Shown: in pieces, positions 27,540 to 37,697 of the stretch
Numbering within the stretch: the first letter of the stretch is position 1
Layout of the letters: every line of letters begins with the position of its first letter
Origin: Candidatus Cloacimonadales bacterium
GTDB taxonomy: Bacteria > Cloacimonadota > Cloacimonadia > Cloacimonadales > JAFGVF01
Assembly (NCBI GenBank): GCA_963677495.2
Contig: CAXXOU010000002.1
Span: 310,624-374,623, forward strand
Length of the DNA: 64,000 nucleotides
Direction of reading: 5' to 3'
Translations under genes and position numbers: made by a program
The notes under the pieces: generated by a model
Database searches by the model: none
What the model saw: only the letters and a program-made list of their open reading frames with translations
Told to the model about the DNA's origin: nothing

Positions 27540-27705
27540 TTAAATAACAGGATTTGAAAAAGAATAAGGGAAGATGAACAAGCTATATGACCCGTTGAGT
27601 CCACAAACTCGTTAGCCATGTTTAGCCCATCTTCCACTTAGTCTGAACAGTACATTGGGCATTAAAGCCCGTATTTTACAATGATAGACTACTTGTTCTT
27701 TTATT
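27540..27705 (+). ncRNA. Predicted bridge RNA with target-binding and donor-binding loops (ends approximate)
   Basis: Outer stem 27558-68/27692-702; target loop stem GGAAGATG/CATCTTCC with guides ATGACCCGT and TAGCCAT; donor loop stem TAGTCT/AGACTA with guides ACAGTACAT and TACAAT. Confidence 0.75.
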
Positions 27706-27723
27706 TTTGTAAAGGAGAATATT

Positions 27724-28707
27724 ATGAAAAAGAAAGTGATTGGAGTAGATGTATCAATGGAGAAGCTAGATATAGTGATTTACGATGGGAATAAGCACAA
27801 GCATTCGATAATTGATAATACTCCAAATGCCTTTGAAAGATTCTTAAAGCGATTTGCTTCCGGCTCTGTTCATATATTCATGGAAGCAACTGGTGTCTAT
27901 CACATTCAGATTGCTGTTAAAGCTTATGAACTAGGTCATAATATCTATGTAGTTAATCCTCTTGTTATTAAGAGTTTTTCTGATGCTATGATGAGTAGAG
28001 CTAAGACGGATAAAGTAGATGCTAAGATGATTGCTGAGTATGGTTACAAATGTGATTATAGACCTTTTTCTCCATCATCAAAGGCAAGATTAGAGTTGTT
28101 AGAACTATTAAGAGATTATAACTATTTAATAGAAACACAAACCAAGATATCCAATCGTATTCATGCATATAAGCATGGTTTACAGGTGTCTAAAGATGCT
28201 CAAAAAGTTCATAAATCACTACTTAAAGAGATCAAGAAAAACATTCTCATGCTAAAGAAAGCTATCGAACAAATAGTAGTTAAAAGCTATCACAGGATAT
28301 ATAATAAACTTATTGCAATCAAAGGTGTAGGAATTATGACTATTGCAACAGTTATTGCTTTTTATGAAGATTTCACAGATTTTGAGACATCAAAACAAGC
28401 TATTTCTTTTGCTGGTATGAATCCACATATTCGGCAATCCGGAAAAAGTCTTAGGGGACGTGGAAGCATAAGTCGAAAAGGTAGCCCAGAGATTAGGAGG
28501 ATGCTATATTTAGCTGCGGGAGTAGCCAGGATACATAATCAGTATTTTCAAGAGTTTTACGTCAGATTAAGAAGTAGAGGTAAAAGTTATAAGCAAGCAA
28601 TAGTAGCTGTAGCCAATAAGCTTCTACGCCAGATCTTTGCCGTTGTTAAGTATGACAGAGAATGGATACCTAATTATGCTTCATTAAGAGAACAACTTGG
28701 TGCATAA
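27724..28707 (+). CDS. IS110-family DEDD recombinase/transposase
   Basis: GVDVS, MEATG, KTDKVDA RuvC-like DEDD; IKGVG, QSG catalytic Ser, SRKG..RRMLY, AVANKLLR. Confidence 0.95.
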   Translation: MKKKVIGVDVSMEKLDIVIYDGNKHKHSIIDNTPNAFERFLKRFASGSVHIFMEATGVYHIQIAVKAYELGHNIYVVNPLVIKSFSDAMMSRAKTDKVDAKMIAEYGYKCDYRPFSPSSKARLELLELLRDYNYLIETQTKISNRIHAYKHGLQVSKDAQKVHKSLLKEIKKNILMLKKAIEQIVVKSYHRIYNKLIAIKGVGIMTIATVIAFYEDFTDFETSKQAISFAGMNPHIRQSGKSLRGRGSISRKGSPEIRRMLYLAAGVARIHNQYFQEFYVRLRSRGKSYKQAIVAVANKLLRQIFAVVKYDREWIPNYASLREQLGA

Positions 28708-29069
28708 TAATCTGAATGTAATAGTATTGTGGACAAGTATCGTTCGGAGATAACTTATCCACAATCCACGCCTAATGGAGCTTCTCACTCAAGCTCCAAT
28801 AGTCGTGGTGTGGAATGTGGGTAAGTTAAGATACTTGCCCATGATGCTATGGAATGTAGTCTGATTTAATATTGTTAAATTGTCGAATATTTTATTGACG
28901 TGAGATACAGTACATGGTTAAGTATGCTGATTCTAACAGTGTATAAGTACTTTAAGAAACTTAGGAAATAATCATTAAAATGGGATTATATTGTTAAACC
29001 AATAATACATACAAATAGGGGAGAGCATAGATATTACTATGTCTTACCGATAAAAAGAAATTATATCAA

Positions 29070-29420
29070 TTAATCAAGAATCAGGTTAGAGATATCTTTA
29101 ACCAAAACCCGTTTATCAACTAGCTCAAATTTCCGACTTATCGCTGAAATAGCTTTTTCGATACTATCATGACTAATTGATTTTATATATTTATACTCAG
29201 TATCAGAATCAACAGAATAGAGCTGTATTTGTGGTGAATGTAGTTTGATCAATAGATGTCGCTTATATGTTTCCTTGCACTTTAACAGATCTCCATTAGT
29301 GAAGATGATAGACTCGGGTGTCAGGTAATTATACACTCTCTCAAAGTCCGTTGTGTTAACAACGGACCATTTCAAATCCTTAGGTTGGTAATCCAAGCCA
29401 ATAAATATTAAATGTGCCAT
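29070..29420 (-). CDS. Hypothetical protein
   Basis: 116-aa ORF starting 1 nt after the upstream gene's stop. Confidence 0.5.
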   Translation of the reverse strand: MAHLIFIGLDYQPKDLKWSVVNTTDFERVYNYLTPESIIFTNGDLLKCKETYKRHLLIKLHSPQIQLYSVDSDTEYKYIKSISHDSIEKAISAISRKFELVDKRVLVKDISNLILD

Positions 29421-29421
29421 A

Positions 29422-31572
29422 TTAATCCCTAAATATGCTTCCAGAAATGAACTCTTTTAGTAAAGAGTTAGCAGGAACTAGTTCCTCAGGTATATCTTTT
29501 ACAAAGCTCAATAGTTCGAGAAGACGCTGAGCTTCTGTGAAAACAGGGGATTGAGCAGGAACATCTCTTAGTAGTTTTACTGCATATTTTTTAAGAACAG
29601 CTAATTCGTAAGTAAGACTACTATTAAACATAAAGTCAGCGTTCTCCTGGAATGGGAATATATTCTTATCTTCTCCATCACGGACATCTTGCCATCTTTC
29701 CAGTGTTTCTTCTGCAGAATAACCTCTATATAGCTTATCTCTTACCATTCTTCGAAGCTTACGGCAATCAGTTGTAGGTATTCTATTATGGTCATCAATG
29801 TTTAGCTGATTCAGAGCACTGATATAAATCTTAACTTTATTCTCTTTGGGAATCGATGCAGTGAGTCTATCATTAATTCCGTGAATACCTTCCATTACGA
29901 TGACATTGTTATCACCTAGTTTGACTTTCTGAAAACTTCTTTCAGAAGTACCGGAAGAGAAATTGTATTTGGGTAACTCTATCTCATCACCATTTATCAA
30001 CCTTTGAAGATGATCATTAAGCAAAGGTAGATTCAGTGAACCAATTGATTCAAAATCGAAAGAACCATCCTCTTTGCGTGGGGTTTCTGTTCTTGGTAAG
30101 AAGTAATCATCCATACTTATAACAAATGGTGAAACACCACAGACTCTGAGTTGCACTGATAAGCGTTTGGCAAAAGTTGTTTTACCTGAAGAAGATGGTC
30201 CGGCAATGAGAATGATTTTCACTCTATCATCTTTTGTGATTTGGTCTGCAATTAACGCGATCTTCTTCTCATGTAAAGCTTCTTCAACAAGAATAAAATG
30301 AGAAATGTCATAACCGTCAACAAGCATATTTAGGTGTCTAATATTATGTACATTAAGGATGTTAAGCCATTTATCATGTTCCTGATGTGTCTTAAAAAGC
30401 TTCTCAGGAATAGCAAACTCTTGATCTGTACAATTATTGAATATCAAAAGGAAACCGTTTCTCTGTTGAATAAGATCGAACTTGGTTAGAACTCTTGTAT
30501 TATCTGCTAGAGTTCTCAAATAGTAATCATAATAGCTGCCACATCTATAGAGTTTCAACTCTCTAGGGGAGAAGTAGTCAAGGTTCTTTAGAAAATCTTT
30601 TCTATTCTGTTCCTCAAATATCCGTTCAGCTTCTTTAAGAAAAACAGGTACTTTGATAATATCCATGGATCTACTAACAATATGTAGCATCTCTTTTTTA
30701 AGATTTTCAACATCTTCATCTGTGAATCCATTCTCTTTCTCAAACACTTCACAATAAACAGCGTTGCCAACTGAGTGTTCAACAAAGAAAGAAGATTCAG
30801 GGAACAAGTTGTGGAATGCTTTCGCCATAACAAATATTGCAGTATCTTGATAGATCCATCTACCTTCCGGATGACAGATATTTATGCATTCAATTACTGT
30901 ATCTTTATATATAACCTTTCGTTCATCTACATAAGCAGAGTTATTGAGTTTAAAACTAAGATAGTCACCACTATCAAGTTCAAGAGTCTGAAAAATCTCA
31001 TATATACGTTTAGGTTCTTCAAGTTGTATGCTTAACTCTTTACCTGGTTCAGGTATCACTCTAACTGTTAATAATTTATCCATAGAAACTTCCTTTAAAA
31101 TCTTTCCAATTACTAAATCAATGTGCTTATCTCGCAAAACTAAGTCAGCACAATCTCTATATAGATCTTCTCTGTTATGATAAAGCTTTAGCAATCCTTC
31201 TCGTCCCAATTTCTTTACTAAAGGTCTATCAGATCTAACTATCCTTTTTAGCAGTTCTAATGGCTCTGCGTCAAGCCAAATTACAAAATTCTCTTTCTTT
31301 AACAGAAAAGCCCGATTAACTTCACTCTCAATAATCCCACCACCAGTGGATATTATAGTGTTTTGAGGTGAACTTAACAGGACTTTCGTTTCTAATTGTC
31401 TAAACTCAGCTACATTGTTATTTGTAAAATATGATTGGATTGTTCTATCTGATGTGTTTTGAACTAACTCATCAGTTTCATAGTAGGGGAGGTGTAATCT
31501 AGAAGCAAGTAGTCTTGCAATAGTGGACTTGCCGGCTCCCATAAACCCGATTAAAATGATACGCATAAACAT
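29422..31572 (-). CDS. Shikimate kinase fused to a ThrRS-N-terminus-like/uridine-kinase-family protein
   Basis: N-term GFMGAGKST, FRQLE, STGGG, RPL (AroK); C-term AGPSSSGKTT, SMDDYF, MEGIHG, NIFPFQE. Confidence 0.8.
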   Translation of the reverse strand: MFMRIILIGFMGAGKSTIARLLASRLHLPYYETDELVQNTSDRTIQSYFTNNNVAEFRQLETKVLLSSPQNTIISTGGGIIESEVNRAFLLKKENFVIWLDAEPLELLKRIVRSDRPLVKKLGREGLLKLYHNREDLYRDCADLVLRDKHIDLVIGKILKEVSMDKLLTVRVIPEPGKELSIQLEEPKRIYEIFQTLELDSGDYLSFKLNNSAYVDERKVIYKDTVIECINICHPEGRWIYQDTAIFVMAKAFHNLFPESSFFVEHSVGNAVYCEVFEKENGFTDEDVENLKKEMLHIVSRSMDIIKVPVFLKEAERIFEEQNRKDFLKNLDYFSPRELKLYRCGSYYDYYLRTLADNTRVLTKFDLIQQRNGFLLIFNNCTDQEFAIPEKLFKTHQEHDKWLNILNVHNIRHLNMLVDGYDISHFILVEEALHEKKIALIADQITKDDRVKIILIAGPSSSGKTTFAKRLSVQLRVCGVSPFVISMDDYFLPRTETPRKEDGSFDFESIGSLNLPLLNDHLQRLINGDEIELPKYNFSSGTSERSFQKVKLGDNNVIVMEGIHGINDRLTASIPKENKVKIYISALNQLNIDDHNRIPTTDCRKLRRMVRDKLYRGYSAEETLERWQDVRDGEDKNIFPFQENADFMFNSSLTYELAVLKKYAVKLLRDVPAQSPVFTEAQRLLELLSFVKDIPEELVPANSLLKEFISGSIFRD

Positions 31573-31573
31573 G

Positions 31574-31599
31574 AAAACGGGGCAGTATCATACTGCCCC
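31574..31599 (-). terminator. Putative terminator after ftcD
   Basis: GGGGCAGTAT-c-ATACTGCCCC; reads into GTTTT on the minus strand. Confidence 0.55.
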
Positions 31600-31615
31600 A
31601 TAGTTTTATATACTC

Positions 31616-33280
31616 TTAAACAGCAGCTTCAACTTCAGCTTCAACTTTAAGGGCTAATTCATTTACGTCTTTAGCAATCTGAGTTGCTTTTGCCATTACA
31701 TTATCCATCCATGCTTTGTCTTCTACAGCACCCATGTTAATCTTAACATTAAGGAATGCTGATTTAGCTGCAGCATTTGCAGTTATAGCGGCAACACCGG
31801 CATCAGATAACGCATTTGCATTACCAATTTTTGCGATTCTTTCTGAAAGTTTAACAGCTTCTAATGAGATCTCAAGAGTTTCGAGTGGAATCATTATAGC
31901 TTCCTTAGTAGCTTCTTGAATTGCAGCATTTCGAGCAGCTTTGTCAGCATCTGTCTTTTTAGGAAGCTTCATTGCATTCATCATATCATAGAAAACTTTA
32001 GTATCTTTATCGATAGCTTGAAGAGATGCTTCCTTTACTTTCTGTCCTTCTTCAGCAAGTTCACCGGCTAAAGCCCAATGCTCTTCATAACCTTTCTTAT
32101 TCATTGTAAGGTTAGCAACCATTGAGGTTAAAGCACCTGAAAGAGATGAACAAAGAGCAGCTACACTTCCTCCACCGGGAGCTGGTGAATCAGAAGATAA
32201 CTCATCACAGAAACCTTCAACAGTCATGTCTACGAGTCTGCCCTCTTCTTTGATAGCATATTCGATTACTTTGGCATCAACATCAAAATCACCGAGATCA
32301 TCAAGGCCCATTGATTGGATAGCTGTTTCAATTATCATACGCTCAGGGATTCCTGCACTTTCACCCATTCTTCTGAGGTAGAATTTACCGGATTCTAAGA
32401 TAGCTTCTTTAGGGATAAGACCTACAAGCTCACTACCTGTAACCTGAATATTCTTCTCAGCAGCAAGTTCTCGAACTTTCTCAAGAACCATATGAGGAGG
32501 AGTAATTTTGTAGTTTGTCAGGTTGATTGAAATCTGAGCTCTGTTATACTCATCAATGTACCAACCAACAGCTTTACAGCATTTAAAGAGACCTGGAACT
32601 TTTACAAAGTTACCATTCTCATCTTTTATTGCTTTACCTTTAGCATCACGTGCTCTTCTTCCTGCTTCACGAATAGTGAGGGCTAAATCATGAGCTTTCT
32701 TTTTATCGCGAGTATTGAGGTTAATATTATATGCAATAAGGAACTCACGAGCTGAAGTAGCTGTGGCACCGGATTTTGCATTAAACTCATGAGGACCAAA
32801 ATCAGGTTTCCATTCTGGTTTGCCTACTCTTGCTGCAAGACCTTCATATTCACCCTTTCTTACTTCAGCTAAGTTCTTCCATTCAGGTTTAGAAGCTGAG
32901 TACTCATAGAGATAGATCGGAATACCTAACTCATTACCAACACGCTCACCGAGTTGTTTTGAAAGAGTAACACACTCATCCATTGTCATATTTGCAACAG
33001 GGATAAATGGACATACATCAGTAGCACCCATACGTGGATGTGCACCTGAATGTTTAGTCATATCAATGATTTCAGAAGCTGTTTTAATTGCCTGAAAAGC
33101 TGCTTCTAAAACGGCTTTAGGCTCACCAACAATTGTGTAAACTGTACGGTTAGTGTCAGCACCGGGATCTACATCTAGTAATACTGCACCTTCAACTTCT
33201 TTGATAGAGTTTGATATCTTATCAAGAATCGACTTATCTCTTCCTTCACTGAAATTAGGAACGCATTCGACGATTTTCAT
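31616..33280 (-). CDS. ftcD: Glutamate formiminotransferase / formiminotetrahydrofolate cyclodeaminase (bifunctional)
   Basis: VECVPNFSEGRD, HPRMGATDVCPF, SELVGL; C-terminal SDSPAPGGGSVAA. Confidence 0.93.
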   Translation of the reverse strand: MKIVECVPNFSEGRDKSILDKISNSIKEVEGAVLLDVDPGADTNRTVYTIVGEPKAVLEAAFQAIKTASEIIDMTKHSGAHPRMGATDVCPFIPVANMTMDECVTLSKQLGERVGNELGIPIYLYEYSASKPEWKNLAEVRKGEYEGLAARVGKPEWKPDFGPHEFNAKSGATATSAREFLIAYNINLNTRDKKKAHDLALTIREAGRRARDAKGKAIKDENGNFVKVPGLFKCCKAVGWYIDEYNRAQISINLTNYKITPPHMVLEKVRELAAEKNIQVTGSELVGLIPKEAILESGKFYLRRMGESAGIPERMIIETAIQSMGLDDLGDFDVDAKVIEYAIKEEGRLVDMTVEGFCDELSSDSPAPGGGSVAALCSSLSGALTSMVANLTMNKKGYEEHWALAGELAEEGQKVKEASLQAIDKDTKVFYDMMNAMKLPKKTDADKAARNAAIQEATKEAIMIPLETLEISLEAVKLSERIAKIGNANALSDAGVAAITANAAAKSAFLNVKINMGAVEDKAWMDNVMAKATQIAKDVNELALKVEAEVEAAV

Positions 33281-33300
33281 TTCTCCTCCAGTAGTATCTT

Positions 33301-34533
33301 CTATTTTTTGGTAATTTTTACTTTTATTACTTTCTTCCTGGTGACTTGCAGTACTTGAATACTGAACACACCGAGATCTATGTATTGTCCCTGAACAGGG
33401 ATTCTTTTTATGTTATCGATGATTAGACCTGCTATTGTCTCATAATCACCTTCAGGGATGGCAATATCATGCTCATCAATTAAAGTGTCAACCTCTACAT
33501 CACCTTTTACTAACCAGATGTTTTCACTGAGTTTTTCTACATCTTTTTCCTCTTCACTATCATACTCATCTTCGATGTCTCCGACAATTTCTTCTATAAT
33601 ATCTTCGATTGTCACGATACCTTCAGTTCCACCATAAGGGTCAACAATGATTGCCATAGATTTCTTTTTGTTCTGCATCTCTCTGAGAAGCTCATCCGCA
33701 TCCATAGTTTCAGGTGCAAAGTATGCTTTATGGATGATGTCTTTTGCTACAAGATTCCTCTTCTTGGATTTGATTATATCATATACAATAAGAATACCAA
33801 TGATATTATCAATGCTTTCACGATATACTGGATAGCGTGTGTATCCTTCTTCTCTTGCCAGCTCGATAATTTCATTAACAGGCATATCTTCAGGTACTGC
33901 AACAATGTCAGTTCTAGGGGTAATTATGTTTTTAGCTTCCAATTCTGCAAACTCAAGAGCATCCTCGAGCATCTCACGTTGAGGGTCTTCGAAAGAATCA
34001 TCATGAGCTGTTGAATTAAGAAACAATGCTAAGTCATCTCTAGTCAGATAAGCAAGAGAGGAACTTGGTCTTAGGTGGAATACTTTTATCAAAGTATTAT
34101 TAATCAAAGTTACGCATTTTACAAATGGGAGGAATAAGGTGTAGAAGAGTTTCATAATTGGAAAAAGTAGTGGTACTAGTTTATCCGGATAGTCTCTAAA
34201 GAGAGCTTTAGGTACGATTTCACCGAAAACGAGAACAACAAAACCCAGACCTATTGAAACAAATCCATGCCCGACTTCACTGATATTACTAAGCATGAAA
34301 GTAGTAACAGATGCCAGAACAACTTGTGTGATGTTGTTACCCAGCAGAGTCGTACCAAGGAATCTGTCCGGTTTCTCAATGAATGAGAGTAGTTCCTTAC
34401 TCTTCTTACTTTTCTTGGCATCCTGTTCCAGTTTTAGTCTGTCAACAGAGATGACTCCCGTTTCATAACCTGCAAAGAAAAATGATAATGCTAACGCAAT
34501 AAGAATAATAATCAAGGCTGTTAATAGCCCCAT
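33301..34533 (-). CDS. Hemolysin/CNNM-family protein (DUF21, CBS pair, CorC)
   Basis: SFFFAGYETG, FGEIVPK, TPRTDI, YTRYPV, GIVTIEDIIEEIVGDIEDE. Confidence 0.9.
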   Translation of the reverse strand: MGLLTALIIILIALALSFFFAGYETGVISVDRLKLEQDAKKSKKSKELLSFIEKPDRFLGTTLLGNNITQVVLASVTTFMLSNISEVGHGFVSIGLGFVVLVFGEIVPKALFRDYPDKLVPLLFPIMKLFYTLFLPFVKCVTLINNTLIKVFHLRPSSSLAYLTRDDLALFLNSTAHDDSFEDPQREMLEDALEFAELEAKNIITPRTDIVAVPEDMPVNEIIELAREEGYTRYPVYRESIDNIIGILIVYDIIKSKKRNLVAKDIIHKAYFAPETMDADELLREMQNKKKSMAIIVDPYGGTEGIVTIEDIIEEIVGDIEDEYDSEEEKDVEKLSENIWLVKGDVEVDTLIDEHDIAIPEGDYETIAGLIIDNIKRIPVQGQYIDLGVFSIQVLQVTRKKVIKVKITKK

Positions 34534-34553
34534 TTAAAGCCTCATTTTACAAT

Positions 34554-35621
34554 TTAGTTTTCAATCTTTTCGTTTCTGTATGCTAGTTTTAAAGCTTCAA
34601 CGAATTCATCTAACTCGCCGGTTAAAATATCGTTTAGCTGATAAGATGTCAAATTAATTCTATGGTCTGTAACTCTGGATTGGGGGAAGTTATAAGTTCT
34701 GATTTTAGCACTTCTATCACCGGTTCCAACTTGGGAACGTCGCTGTGATGAGATTTCTGCTTCCTGTTTTGCAAGCTCCAAATCGAATAATCGTGCTCTT
34801 AGAACCTTCATTGCTTTATCTTTGTTCTTCAACTGTGACTTCTCATCCTGGCAAGTAACCACTAATCCTGTCGGTACATGTGTTATTCGTACTGCTGAAT
34901 CAGTTGTATTCACTGACTGACCACCGTGTCCACTTGCACGGTAAACGTCAATACGAAGATCGCTCTCTTTAACGTCGATATCAATAGCTTCAACTTCCGG
35001 TAAAACTGCAACTGATACAGCAGAAGTATGAACACGACCACTAGCTTCTGTTTGAGGAACACGTTGAACACGATGTACACCACTTTCAAATCGCATTGAA
35101 CCGTAAACGTTATCTCCTGATACTTGGAAGACGATCTCTTTGTACCCACCAATTCCGATAGCATTTGAGCTCATAACCTGGAGTTTCCAACCCTTCTTTT
35201 CTGCAAAGTACTGATACATTCTGAATAGGTCAGAGGAGAAGAGAGCAGCTTCATCACCACCGGTTCCTGCTCTAATTTCGATAATAACATTCTTCTCATC
35301 ATTTTCATCTTTTGGAACCAAAAGATCTTTTAACTGCGTGGCTTTTACTTCGAGTGCTTCAACACTCTCATCAAGCTCCATTTGTGCTAATTCTACTAAT
35401 TCCTCATCAGTTTCACTAGCGAGTATCTCTTTGCTATCCTCAATACTTTGAGTAAGTTTTGCCCACTCATCATAGCAATCAAGAATCTCTTGCAGTTCTT
35501 TAAACCTTCTGGATATTTTGCGATATCCACGCTGATCAGACATATATTTGGGGTCATATACTTTGACCTTTAGTTCTTCATATTCGTTTCTGAGACCTTC
35601 TAATTTCTCTACAGGTATCAT
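34554..35621 (-). CDS. prfA: Peptide chain release factor 1
   Basis: EIRAGTGG, PQT (PxT) motif, GGQ, IRTYNFPQ. Confidence 0.97.
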   Translation of the reverse strand: MIPVEKLEGLRNEYEELKVKVYDPKYMSDQRGYRKISRRFKELQEILDCYDEWAKLTQSIEDSKEILASETDEELVELAQMELDESVEALEVKATQLKDLLVPKDENDEKNVIIEIRAGTGGDEAALFSSDLFRMYQYFAEKKGWKLQVMSSNAIGIGGYKEIVFQVSGDNVYGSMRFESGVHRVQRVPQTEASGRVHTSAVSVAVLPEVEAIDIDVKESDLRIDVYRASGHGGQSVNTTDSAVRITHVPTGLVVTCQDEKSQLKNKDKAMKVLRARLFDLELAKQEAEISSQRRSQVGTGDRSAKIRTYNFPQSRVTDHRINLTSYQLNDILTGELDEFVEALKLAYRNEKIEN

Positions 35622-36583
35622 TTCTCGTCTCCAATTTCTGTTACATCAAATTCACTATAATCCATATCAAGTGATGCTTTCATTGCAACGAGTGCACATT
35701 CAATCATCTGATCCTCCGGTGGCTGTGTTGTAATTCTCTGTAAAGCCATTCCGGGACCTGTCATCAACTTAACTAAAGGATGGTTTATATTCTTGCCTGA
35801 CAATTTCAATATTTCATATGAAACACCTGATATTAATGGGAAGAATAGCAGGTGATAAGCTAATCTTACTAATACTTGTGGTGGAGCATGGAAGATCCAG
35901 GCAACAGCCATTGTGTCAATGATAGAGAAGATTAGGATACTGATTAAAAGCACAAAGAACATGAAACTTGTACCACATCGAGGGTGCAAAGTTGTTAGCT
36001 TCTGAATCTCTGATACTTTCAACTTTGTCTCTTTTTCATAAGCATTTACACATTTATGCTCTGCACCATGATATTGGAATACTCTATTAATATCTTTGAG
36101 CTTGCTGATTATCAATAAATAGATAACAAAGAATGTGATTCTTACAACACCGGCTGCAAGATTAAAGTACACGTTCTGTTTAGAGAGATTCACCCAGTCA
36201 GCGATCTTATAGGGGAGTACACCAAAGAGAAGAAAGGCTAAGCCTAAAGATATGGCATAACTAAAGAACTCACCAACTTTCTCTCCGGTTGCTGATTTCT
36301 TCTTTTTATTCTCTTCCTGGTTGTCCAGTTCCCAACGGTTAGCTGAAAAAGTCAAAGTTCCAATTCCAATCTTCATCATCTCTATTAATGAGATAAAGCC
36401 ACGAATCATTGGTAATCCTAAGAACTTATTCTTTTGTGTAATGCTTTTGAATGGTTGCACCTTAAGCTCAATAGCTCCACTTGCTCTTCTTATAGCGGTC
36501 GCAATCTTTTCAGGACCACGCATCATAACGCCTTCTATTACGGCCTGTCCACCAACTGCAATACTCTTTTTATCTTTGCTCAT
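35618..36583 (-). CDS. DUF1385 membrane protein
   Basis: VGGQAVIEGVMMR, YHGAEHK, HPRCGTSF; typical rpmE-DUF1385-prfA context. Confidence 0.88.
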   Translation of the reverse strand: MSKDKKSIAVGGQAVIEGVMMRGPEKIATAIRRASGAIELKVQPFKSITQKNKFLGLPMIRGFISLIEMMKIGIGTLTFSANRWELDNQEENKKKKSATGEKVGEFFSYAISLGLAFLLFGVLPYKIADWVNLSKQNVYFNLAAGVVRITFFVIYLLIISKLKDINRVFQYHGAEHKCVNAYEKETKLKVSEIQKLTTLHPRCGTSFMFFVLLISILIFSIIDTMAVAWIFHAPPQVLVRLAYHLLFFPLISGVSYEILKLSGKNINHPLVKLMTGPGMALQRITTQPPEDQMIECALVAMKASLDMDYSEFDVTEIGDEK

Positions 36584-36641
36584 AAAGTCTCCGTATATAG
36601 TCAAAAATCGAGTAATGAATCTTTATTACTCGATAGAATTA

Positions 36642-36678
36642 AAAAAAGCATCACATTGCTACCAGTGTGATGCTCTTT
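36642..36678 (-). terminator. Intrinsic terminator after rpmE
   Basis: AGCATCACA/TGTGATGCT stem with an A7 run. Confidence 0.6.
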
Positions 36679-36690
36679 CTGTTATAAAAG

Positions 36691-36900
36691 CTATTTTTTA
36701 GTCTGTCTGTTATATTTCTTATTGAACTTTTCAACACGACCCGCAGTATCAAGAAGCTTTTCTTTTCCTGTATAGAAAGGGTGACACTGGTCACAAATAT
36801 CAACTGTGAGATTCTTTCTGGTTGAAGCTGTCTCAAACTCATTTCCACAAGCACACTTCACAGTGATTTTCTCATATTTAGGATGAATACCTTGTTTCAT
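36691..36900 (-). CDS. rpmE: 50S ribosomal protein L31, Zn-binding form
   Basis: [29 protein letters not shown]. Confidence 0.97.
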   Translation of the reverse strand: MKQGIHPKYEKITVKCACGNEFETASTRKNLTVDICDQCHPFYTGKEKLLDTAGRVEKFNKKYNRQTKK

Positions 36901-37120
36901 TTTATGTCTCCTGTTATTATAATCTTCACTTTGTTGGACATATTTTTTCTCAATGGCTTGAATGTCAATTCTTTTCTTAAATTTACTGCTACTCAATCAG
37001 TTTATTGTCTTTTTTGCCTTTTATCATCTATCTAAACTATGCGACTACATTATATATTTAATCGGATCTTTATAGAAGACACAATCAATTCTTACAGTCT
37101 TAGCTGAGATAGCTCCCAAA

Positions 37121-37466
37121 CTTAACCATCAATCAAAACACAGTCAACGCACTGTTTCCCCACTGTGCACGCACTGTGCACCCGGTGAAACAGTGGGTTG
37201 GCAGTGCCTTCACAGTGCGTGCACAGTGCAGACACAGTGCGATGGTGGATAGAACAGTAAAAGAGAGTAAAAAGGGCAATAAATATAGCTAAGTTATTGA
37301 AAAACTCACTGTGTATGTCAATTTCGTACTTGCGTTGCAGCGATAGCGTGACGCGAGAGCGAAATCAGGGAATTGCGACTTCGGAGTGCATTTTAGAAAG
37401 TCCGTTGCCTTATTCGGCCGACAAACTCCCTAAAACACGCTAAGTTATTGCAAATGCCACTGTTTG
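37121..37466 (-). repeat. Composite repeat element, copy 2 (inverted)
   Basis: Reverse-complement match to 16201-16538 and 58021-58366. Confidence 0.85.
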
Positions 37467-37582
37467 TCACCCTGAGCGGGAAGAACGCAATGAAATGAAG
37501 TAAACGGAGTCGAAACGAGGACTATCGGAAGGAACTTGAAAGCTGACAGACTCATCAACTTTCGGGGCAAGCGGATATTTTT
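37465..37582 (+). repeat. TGTCACCCTGAGCG-type repeat module
   Basis: Similar to about 60329-60447 (GTCACCCTGAGCG..AACGCAATG.AATGAAGT.AACG.AGTCGAA). Confidence 0.65.
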
Positions 37583-37697
37583 GGGGACTTCATATATTGT
37601 AGTGACTTGTTTAAAAAGTATCTCACATTATCCCTTGACTTATAGAAAACAGCATACATTTCTACCTTGACCGCATTTTAAAAACAAGGTGGAGATT

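Larger units (their letters stand above)
27520..28915 (+). mobile_element. IS110-family insertion sequence (bridge-RNA type)
   Basis: DEDD recombinase; ends inferred from guide matches: left junction TCAACCC-GT|TGTATATT, right junction ACAGTAC-AT|GGTTA; no terminal inverted repeats. Confidence 0.85.

Noticed and set aside
27647..28915. ACAGTACAT direct repeat read as a 9-bp target-site duplication
   Set aside because: IS110 elements do not make such duplications; the left copy lies inside a stem-loop as the donor guide, and the minisatellite is interrupted at 27519/28916 instead
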